20,000 nt of DNA, taken from positions 609,362 through 629,361 of the forward strand of contig JASANG010000295.1 of NCBI GenBank assembly GCA_030248215.1, read 5' to 3'. The notes under the pieces are model-generated. The model saw nothing but the letters and a program-made list of their open reading frames with translations, was not told the DNA's origin and did no database searches. The stretch comes from Enoplolaimus lenunculus (Eukaryota). Of this stretch, positions 11,466-20,000 are shown in pieces. The position numbers were made by a program, and so were the translations under genes. How positions within the stretch are numbered: the first letter of the stretch is position 1; the number at the start of each line of letters is the position of its first letter.

Positions 11466-11687
11466 GGGCTCATATTCTCAAATGCGTATAGCACTTATCA
11501 TAAGTTAGCGATAGGTTATCAAACTGGCGAAGTGCTGCAATTGCAAATCTCAAAATTGGTACAGCAGTGTGTAACTCTAACGCAAACAATGCGTTAAATT
11601 TCGAACCTCACTATGCGCTGGCACCAAAGTTACAGGACCTATCGCCAACTGGTGATAGGTGCTACAAACATTTGAGAATACGGGCTC
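11466..11687. mobile_element. MITE with ~50-bp imperfect TIRs, possibly PIF/Harbinger-like
   Basis: GGGCTCATATTCTCAAATGCGTATAGCACTTATCA...GCGATAGGT versus ACCTATCGCC...TGATAGGTGCTACAAACATTTGAGAATACGGGCTC. Flanks are TAA and TAG (degenerate 3-bp TSD). Confidence 0.7.
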
Positions 11688-12339
11688 TAGCCACATCTTG
11701 TATGATATAGGCAAAATGTAAATTATTATATTTGTTTAGCTAGTAAGTATTAAAATTTAGAACTGTATTTCAACTTTTTTAACACCAAAGGCAATAAGAG
11801 CCAGCGATATTTGTCTACATCTTAACGGGGTTCGTCCGGCCGTAACTGCTGGCATGCCCACTGCTAACTCATAGTACTAACCGCTTTACCGTTAAGATGG
11901 CTGTATGTTCATTGTCTGAAATTTATTTGTTCGTAATAACATTTATTAGTCTTCTGTTCATTAGCTTGTCTTTTTGAAGATTAAATGTTTCAAGCAGGGC
12001 CGTGCCGAAAAGAAGGTTGCCCAGTCAAAAAGTGTGCGTCATGATTTGCATTAAATACTAAAATTACGTCTGGCTTCTCACACACTTCGCTAACTGTCAC
12101 TAGGCATTCCACTGTTCAAGATTCGAAAAATTTTGCATGTGGCGGTGTTCAAAACGGACACAAGAGTCTAGATTCTCTAAACGAACCAGTGCAAAACAAA
12201 GTGTTGTGTTAAGTACAAGATTTGCGTCCAGACAGTCTCTGCACTGTAGTATTGTATTGGAGTAAAGATAATAGTGTGCAGGCTGTCAGTCTAGGTAGGA
12301 ACCGGGACATCAGACCTTTTACTAAGCAGCTGGAAAAGC

Positions 12340-12411
12340 GGGCTAGAGCCGGGATCGAACTCTCAGCCTATGGATCCTTTAGCGAGCACTCTACCACTGC
12401 GCCACGTAGCC
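12340..12411 (-). promoter_or_regulatory. tRNA(Pro)-like Pol III unit in the 3' LTR
   Basis: 72 nt: GGCTACG-TGGCGCAGTGG (A box)...AGTTCGATCCC (B box)-GGCTCTAGCCC, followed by GC-TTTT. The anticodon and T stems do not pair, so it is not a canonical tRNA. Confidence 0.8.
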
Positions 12412-12683
12412 CGCCTCTCCAACTGCATTTTTCATCGACTATATGTGTCGACCGTGCAACACAATGTGCACTGCATTTATTGCATATGCACAAGGACAAG
12501 GATGTCTCACATACTTACATGCCCTTATTTTCAACAAGGTCGTCTCTTGACCGTCCATCCTATTTTCGACTGAATACCGTGCTCATAGCGCGGCAATTTG
12601 CCATTGCGCTCACGGCGTAGCCCCCATGTCAGTCTAGGCAGGAACCGGGACATCAGACCTTTTTACTAAGCAGCTGGAAAAGC

Positions 12684-12755
12684 GGGCTAGAGCCGGGATC
12701 GAACATTCAGCCTATGGACCCTTAAGCGAGCACTCTACCACTGCGCCATGTAGCC
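12684..12755 (-). promoter_or_regulatory. tRNA(Pro)-like Pol III unit in the 5' LTR
   Basis: Same as 12340-12411. Contains CTCGCTTAAGGGT, similar to CTCGCTTAGGGT of metazoan tRNA-Pro(AGG). Confidence 0.8.
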
Positions 12756-13225
12756 CGCCTATCCAACTGCATTTTTCATCGACTATATGTGTCGACCGTA
12801 CAACACAATGTGCACTGCATTTATTGCATATGCACAAGGACAAGTATGTCTCACATACTTACACAGGCTTCTTGCTCGCTGCGATTGCAACATTTTGTTC
12901 AAGTCGTGCTCACGTGGTGGATAATTTAGTCTGGTCCAGTGACTCAGACCCCAAAAATTTAGAAGGTCTTAAAGAGAACACGAAAATTTGTCATGGAGCC
13001 AACTCGTAAAGCTAGGCCAATCTCACTTACCAAAGACCCTAATCCATCGCTGCTATAAGATGCTATTCTTAACGTGGGAAGGATCCAACGCAAGGACCTT
13101 GATCGAGCCCTTAATTTACGTTTCTCGGTATGCCACTGGTTTCAAGCACGTATATTTCGATATTTCAGTATAAACTGTTGTAATAATAACAAATTCTGTC
13201 CTAATGTTTTTATACTTATGTTGTA

Positions 13226-13729
13226 ATGAAACGCTGGAACGCAATTGCTAGTGAATACGACCCGGTGAAAGTAGCGAGTATTGACGGTACTGATACAAGA
13301 CCTCACGACCGTGCTGTTTTGCGTGCGATTCGAGCTCGGTATAAATGTAGCGATAAAGCGACTAGCAATCCACAAAAGACGCTATTTGTTGCCAGGTTAA
13401 GCTCCGAAACTACTGAAGAAACGTTGCGTCAGGTGTTTGCCGAGTTCGGCACGGTCACTTCACTTTGTCTGGTTCGTGATATTGTTACCTTAGAATCTAG
13501 ACGATACGCGTTTATCGAATTCAAGCACCGGTGGCAAAGGCGTGAAGCGTACAATAGTGCGCACGAATTGGTTATTGACGGAAGTCGAGTTTTAGTAGAC
13601 TTCGAACACGAACGAACGATGTCTGGGTGGAAACCCAGACGGTTGGGCGGCGGCTTTGGAGGTCGAAAAGAATCGGGACAAATTAGGTTCGGTTGTCGCG
13701 ATCGTCCTTGGCGAAAACCAATTGTTTGA
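13226..13729 (+). CDS. SNRNP35: U11/U12 small nuclear ribonucleoprotein 35 kDa protein (RRM, U1-70K paralog)
   Basis: 167-aa ATG-initiated ORF with the diagnostic N-terminus EYDPVKVASIDGTD..PHDRAV.RA. The RRM has TLFVARL (RNP2) and RRYAFIEF (RNP1), followed by GWKPRRLGGGFGGRKESGQIRFG.RDRP.RKPI. Confidence 0.95.
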   Translation: MKRWNAIASEYDPVKVASIDGTDTRPHDRAVLRAIRARYKCSDKATSNPQKTLFVARLSSETTEETLRQVFAEFGTVTSLCLVRDIVTLESRRYAFIEFKHRWQRREAYNSAHELVIDGSRVLVDFEHERTMSGWKPRRLGGGFGGRKESGQIRFGCRDRPWRKPIV

Positions 13730-13800
13730 TGTTTGTGGTGTTATGACCGACGTTGAAATCTAGGTAAACTGGGGCAGTCGCACAGACTATCGCAGACGTA

Positions 13801-14462
13801 CACACAAAATAAATTGTTTTGTATTCAAGAAATATTGTCTGAAATTTAAGACAACTATGTCTTAATGCAGATTCCAGACATATATGTCATGAATTAATGA
13901 CTTATTTCTTAAATTTTTAAGAAATATGGGTCTGAAATTTTTCACACTTAAATGTCATAAACTTGAGACTGTTTCATGAACGATTAGGACAAATATTTCT
14001 GAAATATAAGTCATATATGTCTAAAATACAAGACAAAGATATACCAGAGAAACCGACTCCGAAATGGGGGACTCAAGCTCAATCATATACTCTAATTTTA
14101 CAACCTTAGATACGTCCAAGACGTAAGCTTATGTTGGGGAAGCCTGAATTCAACCCGAAATATCTTTGAAATTCGATTATTTATAGACATTTTTAAGAGT
14201 ATAAACGGAACAACTTCTTTACATTCATAAAAACAGACAATTAATTCTTGAATATCAGACAACTATTTCTTTAAAGAAAGAAATTTTTGTCTTATAAATT
14301 GGCAATGACAGTTTCTTGAACATAAGACATTTATGTTTTAACCATTTAAGAAACAAATTTCTGAACTGTTTAAGCTATTAATCGCTGAAATACAAGACAT
14401 TTATGTCCTGAAATTTTAAGGAAGTAGTAGTCTTGAAATTTTAGGACAATTTATTTTGTGTG
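13801..14462. mobile_element. Non-autonomous DNA transposon with CAC..GTG termini and TA TSD (CMC/EnSpm-like)
   Basis: 17-bp TIR CACACAAAATAAATTGT / ACAATTTATTTTGTGTG with TA on both sides. The interior has many TCTTGAAAT/TAAGACA subrepeats. Superfamily assignment is an inference. Confidence 0.8.
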
Positions 14463-15432
14463 TAAGCATATTAGACATGTCTGTCCCAGTGCATATGCAT
14501 AGATGTAGCTGGCTTCTCCACAGCTTGAAAATTTCCGCCGGGGGGCGTTTCCTGGGGGGGCAGCTAATTTTGCTGGGGGGCAGTTTTTCTGGCTCCCCAG
14601 ATGATCTGGGGGGCAGGCTTAAGATTTTGCAAGCCGACTTTTTGGACCATTTTTTTCTAGATCGTGTTTCCAACTCAACTGAACATTACTCATCGCTCAA
14701 CATGACAAAAATTTCTCGCAAACGCTAATAACAATAATTTTAACTAATATTACGTATATACTGACAACTTTACCAGAAGTTGAAGAAGCACAATTATATA
14801 AAATATATATAATCTATAATTGAAACTGTGATTAACATATATTTTATATTTTAGTCACAGCTTCAGTTTATCATAAGGCTAAGGCGGGTTGAATTTGTTG
14901 CTGCAAGGTACTTTCGAATGCTGTATGCCCTGAAATGGTTTTTATATAATTGTGCATTTTTCAGTTCATTATTGAATTGTATTAGTTACTACCGGTATTT
15001 GTAACGCTATTAAAAAATTATGAGTACTCAGCGTAATCAAAAAAGTCCAGGTCTTTATGGTTTAACATTGAAAATTTTTGGCTTAGAAAAGTCCTGGGGG
15101 CCCCAGCAAAAAAATTGCTGGGGGGGCATTTTGCTGGAAGCCGACCGCAAATTCGCCGAGGAGGGCCTTTCAGGAGGGCGGCAAAATTTTCGTCGGGGGA
15201 AAATGAAAATTTGGAAAAGTGCTGGCCCCCCCGCTGTGGAGAAGTCATTGTAGTGCAGTGTGTTGTTTACCAGCGACGATTAATGCATCGAGACATAGAT
15301 TATGTAGTGTAGTGATAGAGCGTTTGCCCAAGCATACGTATGTAGGTCGCAAATTCGAACCCACGCGTAACCGGATTTTTTAGCTGCACCGCAAAAGGTT
15401 TGCTGTCACTATCTTACCAGTCTAGACTAACA
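14463..15432 (+). mobile_element. Diverged LTR of the tRNA-LTR TRIM family, interrupted by insertions
   Basis: 14463-14508 (TAAGCATATTAGACAT..GTGCATATGCA) plus 15251-15432 (degenerate A box TAGTGTAGTGA, B box ATTCGAACCC, AGCTGC..AAAAGGT..CTAGACTAACA) are colinear with the reverse complement of 12284-12519. Confidence 0.7.
14509..15250. mobile_element. hAT-like non-autonomous element with G-tract-rich ends
   Basis: TIR TGGCTTCTCCACAGC / GCTGTGGAGAAGTCA (14/15). GC-rich subterminal regions and AT-rich core. Exact ends and TSD are degenerate. Confidence 0.7.
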
Positions 15433-16059
15433 GATATAGCCTGCAGCGGTTCGAGTTCACAATAAATTTGTCTCGTATTAATAATGCCGAATGCGCTTTG
15501 TCAAATGTTTCCAAAATTTTAATTATCAGGTAATAATATCGAGCAAACTATATTAGCATCAAAAATTGCATATTGAATCACTTGGTAAAAAATTTTAATT
15601 TAATTCTTATGCGCAATTTATGTGTATTTAATTATGAGTTGAATCTAATGTCTATTTTCAGGCTTTCTCTTTAGTGACCTGCTACGAACCACGCCAAGTA
15701 CTTACCTTGGCGACTAGCTAGGCTGCTGCGTGAATTTACAATTTAATGAAATTGAAAGATTACAAATACAAATGCGTGCCTGAATGTTTATTTTAAACAA
15801 CGATCTGTCGCTAGTTAACGAAATAAATGAGCTATAATTGATTGAGAAGGTGACAGAAGCTGTAACGTTTCAATGGAAAATGTTTAAGTATGAATCACTG
15901 ATGTAAGGACAGGTCCCAAAAGAAGTCGTAAGCTTTTGGCTTTCGCTTAGGTTCAAATTAAATTAAAGTCGCTCTTAGCAAAATACTCATCTTGGCTACT
16001 GTTGCTTTAAGGGGCGTAACAAGTATACACACATTACAAATCATAAGCCTCAACGTGTG

Positions 16060-16145
16060 AATAAGCCTAAAACTAAGCCTTAGCCAAAGCAAACAATTAG
16101 TCTAAGCTTAAGCTCACTCTATTACAGTCCAGCGAAATAATTGTT
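16060..16145 (+). mobile_element. (CCTAAG)n MITE fragment, copy C
   Basis: AATTAGTCTAAGCTTAAGCTCACTCTATTACAGTCC matches ~10229-10266. Confidence 0.65.
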
Positions 16146-16821
16146 CGCCACTCAAAGTAACACGGGTCATGCCCTCAACTTTTTGGTTAAGTATTCGAGT
16201 AAATAACTGATATTGCTTAAATAGGCTCAAGTGTACAACCGAGATTGTAGGTTAGGTATGACGGATGTCCTTGCTCATGTACCATACTGCACCGATTTGT
16301 GTATAAATATCGAAAATTTACATAGTAAAATGAAATGTCTGCGTGCTTACTGTGAGCGATAATTTGGTACACGCCTGGTTTTGTTTTCGGCATTCTATCT
16401 GCTTAGTGGGCTGGACAGTATCGACAACAAACTGGTAGAACAAGAATGTTTGCGATATTGGCTGAAATTTGGGTCTAATCTTCGAACCGAACCACACAAA
16501 AAGTTACAATCTAAACCCGAACTAACCCAGGAAGGAAAACAGACAGGTCTAATTTCCCGAACTATGTTAACTAAAATTCTAAATTCCGAAATTAAGCGAC
16601 GAAAGTAAAATTTGCCTATATTGATCGTTGCAACACCGTAACTTTGAAATGGAAAGTTTTGGCTTTCGAAATTGCGAAAACAGGCACAAATCTTACCGGA
16701 GCCGTACCTCTAATTTCGCCACTGCTAGACCAAGCAGATTCTTTTCTGTTGAAAGGTTGCATTCAGTTAAAACAAAAGGCTTTTTAATGTTACTGATCCA
16801 AATTTTTCAGGCCGTATATTT

Positions 16822-16952
16822 GTCCATGTAAAGATCAGGGGCGGGACGTTTGTCTGCGGCACTACAATAGAGTAAAGTTAAGACTTTGCTTAGGCTAGTT
16901 TAAGCTCATTCTTTGCGCTATTAGGATTAAGGAACATACTTACACTACTGTT
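16822..16952 (-). mobile_element. (CCTAAG)n MITE, internally shortened copy D
   Basis: The reverse complement reads AACAGTAGTGTAAG..GAATGAGC..CCGCCCCTGATCTTTACATGGAC, matching copies A and B. Confidence 0.7.
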
Positions 16953-18250
16953 ACGTCGCTACATTATACATTAACCTAAATGTTTAACCAATACGATGTG
17001 TATTCGGTGTATTAAAATTAAGGGTGGCCGTTGTATGTGGCTCGCTCATACGGTTTACATATACAGCAAAGCCAAGTTAATAATCCAGAACACTTAAAAT
17101 TTGCTAATATGGCAAATATGAAAAAGGTCATCGCCAAAATAGCAATTTCATATATTTTACACCAGAAAAACATTAATTTTCTACGCAGTCGCCAAGGCAG
17201 AAATTTTAAATGCTGGCGATATGGCTTGTTCAATACGGACATTTGATGTTTTATTCATCAACCAAAGCGTATGGTTGTTTGTTCTTATTAAATGTGCTGA
17301 ATATGTGATAGTTTTTGTTATATTTCTTTTTTCCTACAATATTCTACAGCTATAACAGTGTTTATATTTGTTCGCTACATTGCGGTATGTTTGTTGGTGA
17401 AAGTTTTTGTCTGTCTCTTGTGTGGCTGTGATTTTACACATCAAAATCTGAATGGTTTGCAAGGGCGAGGGATAGAGAAGATATCCCCTACCGAAGTTTC
17501 TGCAGAGACAATAAAAACACTACTTAACAGATTCTTTTAATAGTTAATCACGAGTTTAATAATGAAAAATTTTAAAATGAATTCATACGCTCCCGAAATA
17601 ATATCCTTACTGAGAACTACGTATTCGGATGTAATATAATTTTGCTTAGTTCGTAATGTTTCAATATTGTTTTTTGGCTTATCGCGATCCGGTTTTATTC
17701 TGTATGCCGAGGGTGTTAATCCTAACCCAGGAAAATAGCTGCGTTCCTCGGTGGTATAATTGCTCTGTAACTACTGAGCACCGGAGCCTGGAAAGTTTCT
17801 TGTTGCAAACGCATTTGAGGTGAATTTTGTTTACAAATTATATTGAAATCAAGGTCTAGGCTACGCTTAGCAAAGCCTTCATCCCGTACGGGCCACCAAG
17901 GCTCCCATAAGATTCAGCGAGCCCTCTAAATCATCTATGAGAACCCTATACAATTCATCGAGGCTTCTTGTTGTTCATCGACGCCCCTTTCGGCTCGCAG
18001 AGGCCCTATTTAAACGAAAAATAATCAAATTATTAATCTTAGTCGAACATATTTTGTATACTCATACGGATTCAATGTTTTAGGGTTCCTAGGTTATGTA
18101 ATTGTCACAATTTATTAAGACTAGTTTTTGTGACAATGACCAACCAAAATGTTTCCTGTATCACTCGGAGTAAGGTTCTTTGGGGGGTGGGAAGGCTATG
18201 CTTGGTAGGTTAAGGTGATGCTGGCCTCTGCACTAATTAAAATTATATAT

Positions 18251-18425
18251 CGCGCCGTCCGTAGCCAGAAAACCTGGGTGGCTTAGCTTCGCCCTGGATA
18301 ATTTTTGGCTTTCTAGGAAATTTTCAACCTTGCTTGTAAATCTTCGAAAACCGTTGTATATCTGCCCCTCCTGAAAAGTGTTTAGCCCTCTTGGCTCTTA
18401 AAAAGGTGAGCTGACTACGGGCCTG
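18251..18425 (-). mobile_element. hAT-like MITE, same family as 5927-6092
   Basis: Ends AAAAAGGTGAGCTGACTACGGGCCTG. Flanks TTATATAT / ATATGTAT match at 6/8, a possible 8-bp TSD. Confidence 0.55.
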
Positions 18426-20000
18426 ATATGTATAAATGAATGCTTTTTTATCTCTGCGAATCTGTTTACCTTTGTTTTTATGTGTTGTAATTTTGAGAAT
18501 TTTCGATTTCGGGAGAACAAAGAAACATCAGATAATTAAAATCTTGCAATTAATAAAATTTTTCTAAATTTACAAGCAGGACTAGAATGTTAGCCTCAAC
18601 AATTATATTATATTTTTTAAATGTGTAAAGTTTTACAAAAAGTATTCCTATACATCGCTTGCTTTTGTATTAAGCAAATTGTTCTATTCTCTCTGTGCGT
18701 AGCTTTCAAACACAACACGTATTTACATTTTCTCTCATTTTAATTCTGTTTCCGTTTGCAAGTTGCATAATATTGCATAAAATCACATTGAACAGCGAGC
18801 GAACCCCAACAACTACTTCTGTGGATTGCCCAATTTGCCTCTTCAATTTCCATGCGTACCCCGTGCCAATGGCGAATCTAACGCGTTTTGGTGCTGATGT
18901 GGGCATATCGCACTTAAAATTCTTCGATGCAAATGCTTTAAACCACACTATGTCTTTTCTATTCAAATATAAGAAAATTATGGCGTGATCAATATAGGAG
19001 TTTCGGAAACTTAGCGTTTTGCGTCTTCGACAATATTGGTCAATCTTTTAGTAAAACGAAACTTTAAAATTAAATTTTCGGAACAGCCAAAATATTGTTT
19101 AATCACCGAAACGTCCTCTTTACTGTGGTGAATCAAAAAATTCTGACACTGGACTTGCTGGCAAAACTTATGAAACGCAATTTTTACTGTATGGCAGTAT
19201 AAGTGTCAGTTTTATAACTTGCAAAACTGTCTGTCGGCTGCCACCGATTAATTATTCGTAGCCTTGAATGGTACACTGTTTATGTAGCCGGATGTGGAAA
19301 CAACGCTCAGATCACGTAGCAAAATTTTGCCTCTTTTAGAACATATTTAGTCAGTTTGGAATTGTAAATCATTTGAAGTACTTGTAAGCCCCCCTACTTA
19401 ATTGACCACTTCGGCCCTAGAATGCTGACCTGTTTCTACGGCCTAATTAGAAAAACTGTTCGTTTAAATATACACCGGTGTCTGTGTGAAATATATTAAT
19501 TATTACGAATATATAATGCAGGCCTGTAGCCAGCTTAATATGGTGAGAAGGGCAAACAGTCTTAGAAGGGTCATCTAAGTTTATAGAAATAAATTCAGTG
19601 CATAAACTGGTAAAGGAATACTTTGGCTAAATGTTTTTTACAGAATAACAGTTCATTCAAATATGTTTGACAAATCGTTGATTCACGTGACGTTAACCTT
19701 CGTCAAATTTGACGTAGAACACGAAAAGGTTACGTCTAAAAACGTTACGTGTAGCGTAAATCATGAACTCAAATGTTGAGGGAAATATTATACAACCGTT
19801 GAGTAACAGTGATGTTTTTTGCGTATCGGCAACATATGTTTGATTAATGTTTATTTTTCGCATCGTTAATAGTCGTATATCAAAATACAAACATATTGCA
19901 CAAAATATGCACAAATTGTGCACATTTTGAGTGCATAGTGCAAATCGTTTTAGCAAACGGCATTTGTTTTTTGTATTTTACTGCTGTGGCAGGATCCTAC

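Larger units (their letters stand above)
12284..12863 (-). mobile_element. Complete TRIM (non-autonomous LTR retrotransposon) with tRNA-derived LTRs, Helenus-like
   Basis: LTRs at 12627-12863 (5') and 12284-12519 (3') read TGTAAG..CTGACA on the minus strand and differ by about 9 substitutions plus 1 indel. TSD CAGGC at 12279-12283 and 12864-12868. The 107-bp internal region has PBS TGGGGGCTACGCCGTGAG (12626-12609) and PPT GAAAATAAGGGCA (12532-12520). Confidence 0.92.

Noticed and set aside
12222..12620. 132-aa and 67-aa ORFs across the TRIM
   Set aside because: They are antisense to the element, have no gag/pol motifs, and the longer one crosses the insertion boundary.
12340..12755. Functional tRNA genes
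   Set aside because: The anticodon and T stems do not pair, and the units are embedded in LTRs.
14416..15312. Gly/Pro-rich ORFs and G-tracts as coding or G-quadruplex features
   Set aside because: They are explained by the GC-rich subterminal regions of the hAT-like element.
10502..17608. U12-type signals: TCCTTAAC at 10502 and ATATCCTT at 17601
   Set aside because: They are isolated 8-mers in the wrong order to form one intron, with no flanking exons identified. Such matches are plausible by chance in AT-rich DNA.
16381..19956. Remaining 60-97 aa ORFs
   Set aside because: Mostly non-ATG starts, no recognisable domains, and lengths expected at random.

Overview
AT-rich eukaryotic genomic DNA, probably from an invertebrate animal, made up mostly of non-autonomous transposons and repeats. 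The only confident protein-coding gene is an intronless SNRNP35 (U11/U12 minor-spliceosome 35K protein) at 13226-13729, which appears to lack the usual Arg-rich tail. The most notable element is a complete 580-bp miniature LTR retrotransposon (TRIM) at 12284-12863 on the minus strand. It has two ~236-bp TG..CA LTRs, a 5-bp TSD (CAGGC), a PBS and a PPT. Each LTR carries a 72-nt tRNA(Pro)-like Pol III unit whose 3' end plus CCA would be complementary to the element's own PBS. A diverged LTR of the same family downstream of the gene is split by two nested DNA transposons. Other features are a candidate 876-bp solo LTR with four covarying hairpins, a 217-bp ~99% identical inverted repeat, a 13x30-bp minisatellite, a tandem dimer with tRNA-like heads, and several MITE families. 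All alignments were done by eye; no database searches were run.
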